DNA of 64,000 nt from an uncultured Eubacteriales bacterium (GTDB lineage Bacteria > Bacillota > Clostridia > Christensenellales > CAG-138): NCBI GenBank assembly GCA_902801845.1, contig CADCJW010000004.1, forward strand, positions 7,936 through 71,935, written 5' to 3'. Positions 25,391 through 34,048 of the stretch are shown here, piece by piece. How positions within the stretch are numbered: the stretch's first letter is position 1; the number at the start of each line of letters is the position of its first letter. The position numbers and the translations under genes are program-made. A model generated the notes under the pieces. That model made no database searches and was not told the DNA's origin. It was given only the letters and a program-made list of their open reading frames with translations.

Positions 25391-26254
25391 TTATACCGTT
25401 TGTATGGTCCCCGTGACCACCAGCACCGCTTCCCCGGGCTCGGCGGACCAGGCGCCGGTGGCGGGGTCCTGGGTGAAGGCGGCAGCGGGCACGGTGAGCG
25501 CGCCGGGCACCGTGGCGAAGGCGCCGGTGCCCTCGTCATAGGTGTAGTTCCCGGGCTGTGAAAGGGGCGTCCCGTTCAGCGACACGGCGATGCCCGTCAG
25601 GGCCGGGACGAAGGTGTCCGTCACCACCAGATCGTCCTCCGCCGCGGTGGCCGCGTTCCCCTCGTTCTCGATGGTGAAGGTATAGGTGATCTGCCGATCC
25701 GCCCCCACGGTCTCGGGGGTCAGGCTCTTGGCGATGGTGAGCTCCGGCTCGTTCGCCGCCGTCACGGTGGCGGACGCGGTCACCGGCGCGGTGAGCCCTG
25801 CACCGGAGGCAGTGACGGTGTTGACGATGCTCCCACCCGCCTCCGGGGAGGCGAATTCGTTCACCGACGCCTCGTACACGATGAGCGCGTTCCCGCCCGC
25901 GGGCACAGTGACGCCGGAAACGGTCAGCGGCGCGCCGGGAGTCACGGTGGGCGCGGCCTGCTCCACGCCGTTCACATAGAACCGCAGGGAGTCCGTCACG
26001 TAAGCAAGGGGGTACAGCGTCCCGCCGTTGAAAGCGTACCCGCCCAGATCGTCGGTGAGGGTCAGGTCCGTGAGGGCCGCGGTCCCGTTGTTGTCCAGGC
26101 GCACCACGTAGGTCACGTCCCCGTCCGGCTCATAGGTGGGCGTCAGGGCGGTCTTGGAAAGGGTCAGGGCGTCGGCGATCTGCCCCGTGGTCAAATTGGA
26201 ATAGCGCACCCGGTTCCGATAGGACAGGGCCGCCTGGTTGGTGAAGGTAAGCAT
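25391..26254 (-). CDS. DUF11-like repeat protein (two Ig-like conserved-repeat domains), no signal peptide
   Basis: Two similar halves: LTLSKTALTPTYEPDGDVTYVVRLDNNGTAALTDLTLTDDL and LTIAKSLTPETVGADRQITYTFTIENEGNAATAAEDDLVVTDTF. AAGGAGGA lies before the ATG. Confidence 0.65.
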   Translation of the reverse strand: MLTFTNQAALSYRNRVRYSNLTTGQIADALTLSKTALTPTYEPDGDVTYVVRLDNNGTAALTDLTLTDDLGGYAFNGGTLYPLAYVTDSLRFYVNGVEQAAPTVTPGAPLTVSGVTVPAGGNALIVYEASVNEFASPEAGGSIVNTVTASGAGLTAPVTASATVTAANEPELTIAKSLTPETVGADRQITYTFTIENEGNAATAAEDDLVVTDTFVPALTGIAVSLNGTPLSQPGNYTYDEGTGAFATVPGALTVPAAAFTQDPATGAWSAEPGEAVLVVTGTIQTV

Positions 26255-26316
26255 GGCATATCCTCCTTGATAGAGTGTAGGTGGTATATACTATGCTTTT
26301 TTGCGGCAGGAGGGTG

Positions 26317-26970
26317 CTACAGAAGGGCCAGGACCGCCCGCCGCTGCCGGGCCGGGACGTCCTGAAAATGCCCGCCGGGGTTGAGCTCGAAGGCGCAGGG
26401 GACGCCCTGGGCTTCGATGACCGCTTTAGTTGCTTCCGTGGCGGCGCGGATCCGCTGCATCCGCGGATTCTTGGCCTGCTCCTCCCGATCCCCCAGGGAC
26501 AGGTACACCCTTTCCGGCGCGCCCAAAAGGGGGTGGCCAGATAGGTAGTCCACGAACCCGTCGAACCACAGCGACCCGGACACGCTGGCGCAGCGGGCAA
26601 AAACGTCCGTCTGCGTCATGGCCCACAGGCTGAACAGCCCCGCCAGCGAGTAGCCGAAAACGGCTCGCCAGGCGGGGGAGAGGCCCGCCTCCGCGGCGGG
26701 GATGAGCTCGGTCAACAGGGCCTGCAAGAAGGCGTTCGCCCCGCCGGAAAAGTCCTCTCCGCCCCGAAAGACCTTTTTGGCGGCCCAGGGGGACAGATCC
26801 CGGTCCCAGTCCACGCCCTCGATGCAGACGAGGGTGGGCCGTGGTGCGGGCAGGGACGCGAAGAGGCCCCGGGCGTCGCCCGTCTCGGACACGGTGTAAA
26901 GAGCCGGGGCGGCGGGGTCCTCCCAAAGGACGGTCAGGGTATAGGGGCTGAAGGAAACGGTCCGTTCCAT
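26317..26970 (-). CDS. Alpha/beta hydrolase (putative esterase family)
   Basis: GYSLAG nucleophile elbow. Overall pattern resembles esterase D/enterochelin esterase. Confidence 0.65.
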   Translation of the reverse strand: MERTVSFSPYTLTVLWEDPAAPALYTVSETGDARGLFASLPAPRPTLVCIEGVDWDRDLSPWAAKKVFRGGEDFSGGANAFLQALLTELIPAAEAGLSPAWRAVFGYSLAGLFSLWAMTQTDVFARCASVSGSLWFDGFVDYLSGHPLLGAPERVYLSLGDREEQAKNPRMQRIRAATEATKAVIEAQGVPCAFELNPGGHFQDVPARQRRAVLALL

Positions 26971-26971
26971 A

Positions 26972-27781
26972 TCATCTTTTTCGCAGGGCCCAAAAGGCCA
27001 CGGCGGCGGCGTTCCCCACGTTCAGGGAGTCCACCCCATGGGCCATGGGGATCACGACGGTGTGATCGCAGCCCTCGATGGTCGCCTTCGTGAGCCCGTC
27101 CCCCTCGGTGCCCAGGACCACGGCCAGCTTGTCGAAGGCCTGCAATCGAGGGTCGTCCAACGACAGGGCGTCCTTCTGGAGGGCCATGGCCAGCGTCACA
27201 AAGCCCGCCTGCTTCAGGGCGTCCAGAGAGTCGAGCCGCGCCCAGGGGATCTGGAACACGGTGCCCATGCTGACCCGCACCGCCCGGCGCAAAAGCGGGT
27301 CGCAGCAGGCGGGGGAGAGGAGCACGCCGTCCATGCCCAAGGCGGCGGCGGAGCGGAAGATGGCCCCCAGGTTGGTGGAATCCACTATATTCTCCAGCAC
27401 CGCCACCCGGTGAGCCCCTTTCAAAACTTCCGCAGCGGTCCGTTCCGCCGGCCGCCGCATGGCGCAGAGCACGCCCCGGGTGAGGTCGTAGCCCGTGAGC
27501 TTCGACAGCAGCCCGTCGTCGGCGGTATACACGGGGATATCCCCCAACCGGTCCAAAAGCGCCGCGGCCTGGCCCTGTATATGCCGCCGTTCCGTCAAGA
27601 GCGACACGGGTACCAGCCCCGCGTCCAACGCGGTCCCGATCACCTTGGGGCTCTCGGCGATAAACAGAGCGTCCTCCGGGTGCAGCCGGTTCTTGAGCTG
27701 GTTCTCCGTGAGCCGGGCGTACACGTCCAGGGCCGGGTCGGAAAAGTTTTGGATCTCCACGATATAGGCCATCTTCTTCAC
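26972..27781 (-). CDS. TrmH/SpoU-family RNA 2'-O-methyltransferase
   Basis: SpoU motifs LENIVDSTNLGAIFRSAAALG, VVLGTEGDGL and IPMAHGVDSLNVGNAAAVAFW. Confidence 0.85.
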   Translation of the reverse strand: MKKMAYIVEIQNFSDPALDVYARLTENQLKNRLHPEDALFIAESPKVIGTALDAGLVPVSLLTERRHIQGQAAALLDRLGDIPVYTADDGLLSKLTGYDLTRGVLCAMRRPAERTAAEVLKGAHRVAVLENIVDSTNLGAIFRSAAALGMDGVLLSPACCDPLLRRAVRVSMGTVFQIPWARLDSLDALKQAGFVTLAMALQKDALSLDDPRLQAFDKLAVVLGTEGDGLTKATIEGCDHTVVIPMAHGVDSLNVGNAAAVAFWALRKR

Positions 27782-27795
27782 CTCGAAAATCGGAT

Positions 27796-28836
27796 CTATC
27801 GTATTGCTTTCAGCGTGGACGTGGATCCCCAGCTCTTCAGCACCGCGACGGAGGAGAATCCGGCGGACAGCAGCGCTTCCCGTTCGTGATCCACGGTCAA
27901 CGGGGTATCGTAGTGATACAGCTCGTCGTCCTGAATGCCCTGCTCCCGTTTCAGGCGGAGATACTCTGCCCGGCGAGATCGCTCCTCTTCCTCCGAGGCG
28001 GCGAAGTAATCGGTCAGGATCAAAAATCCGCCGGGCTTCAGCGCTGCATGCACCTTCTCATACAAGGGTATCTTTTCTGCCTGTGTGAAATGGTGAAGGG
28101 ATTCCACGGACACGGCCGCGTCGAATGCGCCCTCTTCCAACGGCACTTCGAAATAGGAGCCCGCGATCAACGTCAGCCGCTTGTCAGGGAACTTTTGACG
28201 AAGCTCCTCCAGCATCCCCGGGGCAAGGTCGATGCCGGTGACCTTCGCCGTGGGGACCGTTTCAAAATAGTACCCCAGCTCCAGGCCCGTCCCGCATCCC
28301 AGATCCAGGATGCATGCATCGGCGGCCTGTGGAAGGCAGCGTGCGGTAAAGGGATAGAATTCCCGGGCCGAGTCGATGTTCGTCAGCTGGTGCTCCTCGT
28401 ACCCCTTCAGCCGAGCCTCAAAAAAGTCACCCATCTTCTCCAGCATACGATCTTGGCTCCGCTTCTTTTCTATCGTATACGATTGCATGCCCTTTTTGCA
28501 GCCGTTCTTCTCATAGAAGCCTTCTATGCCCGGCTGCGAACCGAAATACAGCATGGTGGGCGTGTTGGCTTTTGCCAATTGAAGCAGGCGGCTTCCCACG
28601 CCCTTATTCTGATATTCCGGAAGTACCAGCAATTCCGTGATCGTTCCGAAAAAATACCCGTCCGAAAGGATGCGCAGGCACCCGACCAGCTTTGCCCCGT
28701 CATAGGCCGTTATGTTCAGGGTTTTCGCTAAGGCGCTTTGGGTACGTTCCGCATCATAGCTGCCCGGCCAGATCTGATTCACAAACGAAAGAAAATCAGA
28801 TGCATTCAGCTGTTTATCGTCCACTCTGTAGTCCAT
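27796..28836 (-). CDS. Fusion protein: GNAT acetyltransferase + class I SAM-dependent methyltransferase
   Basis: GNAT motif A is VLPEYQNKGVGSRLLQ. SAM-binding motif I is ILDLGCGTGLE. Confidence 0.75.
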   Translation of the reverse strand: MDYRVDDKQLNASDFLSFVNQIWPGSYDAERTQSALAKTLNITAYDGAKLVGCLRILSDGYFFGTITELLVLPEYQNKGVGSRLLQLAKANTPTMLYFGSQPGIEGFYEKNGCKKGMQSYTIEKKRSQDRMLEKMGDFFEARLKGYEEHQLTNIDSAREFYPFTARCLPQAADACILDLGCGTGLELGYYFETVPTAKVTGIDLAPGMLEELRQKFPDKRLTLIAGSYFEVPLEEGAFDAAVSVESLHHFTQAEKIPLYEKVHAALKPGGFLILTDYFAASEEEERSRRAEYLRLKREQGIQDDELYHYDTPLTVDHEREALLSAGFSSVAVLKSWGSTSTLKAIR

Positions 28837-28862
28837 CTTCCACCTCGATCAGTCCCTTATCC

Positions 28863-29324
28863 TCACGCATTCTCTATCATTTTTTCTGGGTACGCTTCCA
28901 ATATCTTTCGGATCTCCGTCAGGTTCACCCGCTGGTACTTGTCCGCCCATTTTAAAAGGGCGAAGAGGGATTTTAGGGTCTCCTTCTTGCCCGGTTCCAG
29001 CCCCAGCTTTCGCCGGAGGAACCGCCGGATGATGCGGTATCTATAGACGAGGCGGGGCACGGTCAGCAGGTAGATCTTGTCCGCGTCCTTGAAGCACCGG
29101 CCGCACCAGGCGTAATATACGCCCTCCACGATCCAGTCGTCCTTTTGCAAAATCTCTTTCAGCAGGGCGTCCCGTTCCGCTGTGTCCCGCTTCTTCCCGT
29201 AGCCCCCTTCGTTGGCCCACTGGACGTCGTCGAGATCGTAATGGGGGATGCCCAGCTCCCGGGACAGCTTTTCGGCCAAATAGGTCTTGCCGCTGCCGGG
29301 CCCGCCGACGATATGTATCTTCAT
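28863..29324 (-). CDS. P-loop NTPase/kinase (adenylate-kinase-like, topology-modulation FlaR-like)
   Basis: MKIHIVGGPGSGKTYLAEKL Walker A at the N-terminus, in a 153-aa protein. Confidence 0.7.
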   Translation of the reverse strand: MKIHIVGGPGSGKTYLAEKLSRELGIPHYDLDDVQWANEGGYGKKRDTAERDALLKEILQKDDWIVEGVYYAWCGRCFKDADKIYLLTVPRLVYRYRIIRRFLRRKLGLEPGKKETLKSLFALLKWADKYQRVNLTEIRKILEAYPEKMIENA

Positions 29325-29343
29325 CCCTGTGCCTCCGCTGTCC

Positions 29344-29895
29344 TCAAATGGTCCCCTTCGTTTTCAGCTCATAGGTCGGCCAGGTGACGTATTCGAGAAA
29401 CGCGGGCCGTCCGGTATATTCGAGATAGGCCTGGAACCGCACCGCGATGGCGGGGGCTGTAATGAGCTTTCGGGCCTGGTCCAAGGGGAAATAGGCCGTT
29501 TGCGAGTTTTCTTCAGAGGGCCGGGGCGTGCCGCCGATGGCCCGGCAGACGAAATCCAGCATGACCTTTGGGGGCACCTCCCTGACGCCGTTGTAGCCGG
29601 GATGCTTGCAGGTGTTGGAGGTGACGCAAAAGAGCTCGCCCACTTCGATCTCGATCCCTGTTTCCTCCAGCACCTCCCGCTTCACCCCGTCGAGGAGGCC
29701 TTCCCCCTCCTCTACGATGCCGCCGGGGAAGGTCCAGCTGTTCCGGCGATCGTCCTTTATCAGCAGGACCTCGCCCTGTTCGTTGAGCACGATGGCCCCC
29801 GCCGCCACGATATGGTTGGGCAGCTTCCGTTCCGTTGGCCCGGATAGGGCTTGCGTATCTCGATCCTGTTTACCGATCAGCTTCATGTTTTTCAT
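29344..29895 (-). CDS. Nudix hydrolase
   Basis: Nudix box GGIVEEGEGLLDGVKREVLEETGI. The start is ATG 29895 (MKNMKL). The 5' part of track ORF 29344..30153 overlaps the upstream gene and is not coding. Confidence 0.8.
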   Translation of the reverse strand: MKNMKLIGKQDRDTQALSGPTERKLPNHIVAAGAIVLNEQGEVLLIKDDRRNSWTFPGGIVEEGEGLLDGVKREVLEETGIEIEVGELFCVTSNTCKHPGYNGVREVPPKVMLDFVCRAIGGTPRPSEENSQTAYFPLDQARKLITAPAIAVRFQAYLEYTGRPAFLEYVTWPTYELKTKGTI

Positions 29896-29912
29896 GGTTT
29901 CCTTGCTTCCCT

Positions 29913-30968
29913 CTACAGGCCAAAGACGAGATCGTCCCCGTCCAGCTCCGCCAGCTGCCGGAAGCCCAGGGATGCGTACAGCCGTTGAGCCTTTTCGTTG
30001 CTTTGTTCTGTCGCCAATTTGATGGGCTTGGCGGGGTCTGCCGCTTTCAAAAGTCGGATTGCTAGCCGCGCGGCACTTTTTCCATAGCCCTTTCCCTGGT
30101 GGTCTCTGGCGATATAGAAGCTCCAGGAATAGGCGTCGCCCCGGCCCTGCCACCTGCTTAGGTCGATGAATCCGACAGGCTGGCCCTGGGCGGTACAGAT
30201 GATGCAGGGACAGTTATCCTCCCGGAACAGATACGCCCTTCCAATGGAGAACCAGGCGGGATTGACCATATCCTCCTGCTCTTTTGAAAGCTGACATTCC
30301 ATGGTCGCATATATCAGGTCGGCCTCCGTTTTCAGGGGACGGAAGCACACCCGTTCGTTGGACCACAGGTCTCCTTCGATCCTTTCTAAAGCCGCTCGCA
30401 AAGATATGGCATTTGCCTTCGCAGCGTTCAATTCGCTCCTTTGCATCCGTTTCTCGAACCGGAACATGCCGGCAGGGAACTGTTCGTCCGGCTCCTGGCC
30501 GTCCTCCGGATCATGGGGGTCCGGGTGGTGGGCGTTGAAGAATTCCACGATATGGAAGCCGCACCGGTTCACGTAGAAGTGGATGTTCCGCTGCTCGAAG
30601 TAGGGGGTGACGGTCTCCCAGACGGTCACCTCCGGGTGAAGCTTTTCAATGGCGTACCAGGCGGCGTAGCCGATGCCCTTGCTGTGGACCTTGGGGGACA
30701 CGAAGAGAAGCTCCAGATCGCCCCGGTCGCCCTCCACCCGGATCACCGCGCCACCCACCGGCTGCCCGTCCGCCAAAATGCGGTAGGCTTCGCCCCCGTC
30801 GATGGACGCCTCGATGACCTGCCGGGAGATGATCTCGCCCTCCTCCTCGAAGTGGTCGTCCCGGCGGCCGAACTCCTCCAGGGCCCCGTAATTGAAGGCC
30901 TCCTGGTTGTCCAAAATGAACTGCTCCCGATCCTCCGGGGCCAGGGGGGCGAGGGTGACTTCGGCCAT
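29913..30968 (-). CDS. Tandem-GNAT N-acetyltransferase (two acetyltransferase domains)
   Basis: Two GNAT cores: VSPKVHSKGIGYAAWYAIE and IARDHQGKGYGKSAARLAI. ATG 30968 lies 6 nt after GGAGGTG. Confidence 0.75.
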   Translation of the reverse strand: MAEVTLAPLAPEDREQFILDNQEAFNYGALEEFGRRDDHFEEEGEIISRQVIEASIDGGEAYRILADGQPVGGAVIRVEGDRGDLELLFVSPKVHSKGIGYAAWYAIEKLHPEVTVWETVTPYFEQRNIHFYVNRCGFHIVEFFNAHHPDPHDPEDGQEPDEQFPAGMFRFEKRMQRSELNAAKANAISLRAALERIEGDLWSNERVCFRPLKTEADLIYATMECQLSKEQEDMVNPAWFSIGRAYLFREDNCPCIICTAQGQPVGFIDLSRWQGRGDAYSWSFYIARDHQGKGYGKSAARLAIRLLKAADPAKPIKLATEQSNEKAQRLYASLGFRQLAELDGDDLVFGL

Positions 30969-30999
30969 GAGGGACACCTCCGATTCGAAAAACATTCTG

Positions 31000-31029
31000 T
31001 TGCCTTTTCTCCTGTGAGTATAGTATAAT
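31000..31029 (+). promoter_or_regulatory. Candidate promoter of the flavodiiron operon: TTGCCT-18 nt-TATAAT
   Basis: TATAAT is at 31024-31029 and TTGCCT at 31000-31005. The region around -10 is an AT-rich quasi-palindrome (GTATAGTATAATAA). Confidence 0.4.
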
Positions 31030-31059
31030 AAGGGCGACAAATCAAGAAGGGGCGTGACT

Positions 31060-32850
31060 ATGAAGATTTCCAACGATATCCTGTACGTGGGCGTAAACGA
31101 TCACAAGGTGGACCTGTTCGAGGGCCAGTACAAGGTCCCCAACGGCATGTGCTACAACTCCTATCTCATTCTGGACGAGAAGGTGACCGTCATGGACACC
31201 GTGGACCAGCACTTCACCCATGAATGGCTGGACAACCTGGAGAACGCGCTCTCCGGCCGCAAGCCCGACTACCTCATCGTCCAGCACATGGAGCCGGACC
31301 ATTCCGCCAACATCGACAGCTTCCTCAAGACCTACCCCAACGCCACCGTGGTGGCCACCGCCAAGGCCTTCGCCATGATGGACAACTTCTTCGGGCCCGA
31401 TCTCGTGAAGAACCGCCAGGTGGCGGAGAACGGCGGCACCCTCGAACTGGGCCGCCACACCCTCACCTTCGTCTTCGCGCCCATGGTCCATTGGCCCGAG
31501 GTCATGGTGACCTATGATTCTGCGGACAAGGTCCTCTTCTCCGCCGACGCCTTCGGCAAGTTCGGCGCCCTCGATCGGAGCGAGCCCTGGGACGACGAGG
31601 CCCGCCGGTACTACATCGGCATCGTGGGCAAGTACGGCGCCCAGGCCATGAACCTTTTGAAGAAGGCGGCGGGGCTGGACATCGCCACCATCTGCCCCCT
31701 TCATGGGCCGGTCCTGGACAAGGACCTTGGCCACTACATCAAGCTCTATCAGACCTGGGCTTCCTATTCCGTAGAGACCGAGGGCATCGTCATCGCCTTC
31801 ACCTCCGTCTACGGCCACACCCGCAAGGCCGTGGAGCTGCTGGCGGACAAGCTCCGCCAGGGGGGCTGCCCCAAGGTGGTCGTCCATGATTTGGCCCGGA
31901 CCGACATGTCCCTGGCTGTTTCCGACGCCTTCCGCTACGGGAAGCTGGTCCTGGCGACCACCACCTACAATGCGGACATCTACCCCTTCATGCGGGAGTT
32001 CATCGACCATTTGACCGAGCGGAACTTCCAGAACCGGACCGTGGCCTTCATCGAAAACGGCTCCTGGGCCCCCATGGCCTATAAGGTCATGAAGGAGAAG
32101 CTCTCCGGCTGCAAGAATCTGACCTTCGCCGACACGGTGGTCCACCTGAAGTCCGCCATGAACGCCGCCAACAAGGAGGAGATCGACGCCCTCGCCGCCG
32201 AGCTCTGCAAGAACTATCAGGCTCTGTCCTCCGAGACCGCCAACAAGAACGACATGACCGCCCTCTTCAAGATCGGCTACGGCCTCTACGTGGTCACCTC
32301 CAACGACGGCAAGAAGGACAACGGCCTCATCGTGAACACCGTGGCCCAGGTCACCAGCCAGCCCAACCGGATCGCCGTCACCATCAACAAGATGAACTAC
32401 TCCCACCACGTGATAGAGCAGACCGGCATCATGAACCTGAACATCCTCTCCGAGGAGGCCCCCTTCTCTGTGTTCGAGAACTTCGGCTTCCAGTCCGGCC
32501 GGACGGCGGACAAGTTCGCCGGGGAGACCCTGACCAGGAGCGACAACGGCCTCGTGATGCTGCGCAAATACGTGAACGCCGTCATGTCCCTGAAGGTGAT
32601 CCAATACATCGACCTCGGCACCCACGGCATGTTCATCTGCGACGTGACCGAGGCCCGGGTCATCAGCAACGCCCCCTCCATGACCTACGCTTTCTACCAC
32701 GCCCACGTGAAGCCCCAGCCCCAGACCGAGGGGAAGAAGGGCTTCGTGTGCAAGATCTGCGGCTACGTCTACGAGGGCGAGACCTTGCCCGACGATTTCA
32801 TTTGTCCGCTGTGCAAGCATGGCGCGGCGGATTTCGAACCCATCCAGTGA
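31060..32850 (+). CDS. Multidomain flavodiiron protein: metallo-beta-lactamase-like diiron + flavodoxin + flavin-reductase-like + C-terminal rubredoxin
   Basis: Diiron motif QHMEPDHS and a flavodoxin-like middle. The flavin reductase-like block is GLYVVTSNDGKKDNGLIVNTVAQV. The rubredoxin end is CKICGYVYEG...CPLCKHG. Confidence 0.85.
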   Translation: MKISNDILYVGVNDHKVDLFEGQYKVPNGMCYNSYLILDEKVTVMDTVDQHFTHEWLDNLENALSGRKPDYLIVQHMEPDHSANIDSFLKTYPNATVVATAKAFAMMDNFFGPDLVKNRQVAENGGTLELGRHTLTFVFAPMVHWPEVMVTYDSADKVLFSADAFGKFGALDRSEPWDDEARRYYIGIVGKYGAQAMNLLKKAAGLDIATICPLHGPVLDKDLGHYIKLYQTWASYSVETEGIVIAFTSVYGHTRKAVELLADKLRQGGCPKVVVHDLARTDMSLAVSDAFRYGKLVLATTTYNADIYPFMREFIDHLTERNFQNRTVAFIENGSWAPMAYKVMKEKLSGCKNLTFADTVVHLKSAMNAANKEEIDALAAELCKNYQALSSETANKNDMTALFKIGYGLYVVTSNDGKKDNGLIVNTVAQVTSQPNRIAVTINKMNYSHHVIEQTGIMNLNILSEEAPFSVFENFGFQSGRTADKFAGETLTRSDNGLVMLRKYVNAVMSLKVIQYIDLGTHGMFICDVTEARVISNAPSMTYAFYHAHVKPQPQTEGKKGFVCKICGYVYEGETLPDDFICPLCKHGAADFEPIQ

Positions 32851-32877
32851 CACGAAACGAACAGAAAAGGAGACGCT

Positions 32878-33414
32878 ATGAACAAGTACGCCGGAACCCA
32901 AACCGAAAAGAATCTGCAGGCAGCCTTTGCGGGCGAATCCCAGGCCAGGAACAAGTATACCTACTTTGCCTCCAAGGCGAAGAAGGAGGGATATGAGCAG
33001 ATCGCCGCTTTGTTCCTGCAGACCGCTGACAACGAGAAGGAACACGCCAAGATGTGGTTCAAGGAGCTGGAGGGCATCGGCTCCACCGCGGAGAACCTGC
33101 TGGCCGCCGCCGAGGGCGAAAACTATGAGTGGACCGACATGTACGAGGGCTTCGCCAAGACCGCCGCGGAGGAGGGCTTTGCTGAGCTCGCCGAGAAGTT
33201 CCGTCTGGTGGGCGCCATCGAGAAGCGCCACGAGGAGCGGTATCGGGCCCTGCTCAAGAACGTTGAGACCAAGGCCGTCTTTGAGAAGGCCGAGGTGAAG
33301 GTATGGGAGTGCCGCAACTGCGGCCATATCGTGGTGGGCACCAAGGCCCCCGACATCTGCCCCACCTGTGCCCATCCCCAGAGCTACTTCGAAGTATCCG
33401 CCAACAACTATTGA
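32878..33414 (+). CDS. rbr: Rubrerythrin
   Basis: [23 protein letters not shown] ferritin-like diiron domain and a C-terminal CRNCG...CPTC rubredoxin-like domain. Confidence 0.92.
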   Translation: MNKYAGTQTEKNLQAAFAGESQARNKYTYFASKAKKEGYEQIAALFLQTADNEKEHAKMWFKELEGIGSTAENLLAAAEGENYEWTDMYEGFAKTAAEEGFAELAEKFRLVGAIEKRHEERYRALLKNVETKAVFEKAEVKVWECRNCGHIVVGTKAPDICPTCAHPQSYFEVSANNY

Positions 33415-33426
33415 GAGGAGAAGACG

Positions 33427-33801
33427 ATGGAACAGAAATTCTATGTGTGTGAGACCTGCGGCAACATTATCGCCATGGTGAAGCCCTCCGGCGTGCCCGT
33501 GGTCTGCTGCGGCAAGCCAATGAAGGCCCTTATCCCCAACACCACCGACGCCTCCCAGGAGAAGCACGTGCCCGTCTACACCGTGGCGGGGAACCTGGTG
33601 AAGGTCCAGGTGGGCTCCGCCCCCCATCCCATGATCGCGGCCCATCACATCGAGTGGGTGAGCCTCCAGACCAAGGCCGGCAACCAGCGCAAGGCCCTGG
33701 TGGTGGACGGCGCCCCCGAGGTCACCTTCGCCCTCACCGAGGGGGACGAGGTGGAGGCAGTCTACGCCTATTGCAATCTTCACGGCCTGTGGAAAGCATA
33801 A
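33427..33801 (+). CDS. dfx: Desulfoferrodoxin (2Fe superoxide reductase)
   Basis: N-terminal desulforedoxin-like CETCGN...CCG. Centre II residues are HVP...HPM...HHIEW...CNLHG. Confidence 0.9.
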   Translation: MEQKFYVCETCGNIIAMVKPSGVPVVCCGKPMKALIPNTTDASQEKHVPVYTVAGNLVKVQVGSAPHPMIAAHHIEWVSLQTKAGNQRKALVVDGAPEVTFALTEGDEVEAVYAYCNLHGLWKA

Positions 33802-33823
33802 TCAAACGAAAGGAGATACAGCT

Positions 33824-33976
33824 ATGAAGTACGTTTGCCCCTGCGGCTATGTCTACGATCCCGAGGTGGGTGATCCCGACAACGGCATCGCCCCCGGCAC
33901 CCCCTGGGAGGAGGTCCCCGCCGATTGGACCTGCCCCATCTGTGGCCTCGACAAGGATTCCTTCGTTGAGGAATAA
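33824..33976 (+). CDS. Rubredoxin (50 aa), below the ORF-track length cutoff
   Basis: Manual translation gives [56 protein letters not shown] lies 7 nt upstream. The first Cys pair is CPC rather than CxxC. Confidence 0.8.
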   Translation: MKYVCPCGYVYDPEVGDPDNGIAPGTPWEEVPADWTCPICGLDKDSFVEE

Positions 33977-34048
33977 ACGGAACCGACGCGCGCGGAGCAG
34001 TCCTTTTGGGCTGCTCCGTTCTATGCGAACAGCAGAAAGGAAGGAAGC

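Noticed and set aside
25282-25539. ORFs 25282-25539 (minus) and 44837-45187 (minus), which share the peptide RFFSLYK.EKAAEKEKLKK.
   Set aside because: The shared peptide is simply the translation of the palindromic intergenic repeat (copies A and B). The ORFs have different, non-homologous remainders and no SD sequence.
31042-33783. 913-aa minus-strand ORF antisense to the flavodiiron/rubrerythrin/desulfoferrodoxin genes. Similar giant antisense ORFs lie at 45466-48360 (opposite ileS), 51643-54714 (opposite glnS/gltX), 34082-35833, 56281-58005, 39998-42043, 14849-15607, 18085-19638 and 19575-20981.
   Set aside because: Their translations are low-complexity (G/H/L/V/D/A/R-rich) with no motifs. 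They lie exactly opposite genes with unambiguous family signatures. Stop-free antisense frames are the expected by-product of strong GC3 bias. The coincidence with class I aaRS genes is amusing (Rodin-Ohno idea) but is not evidence of coding.
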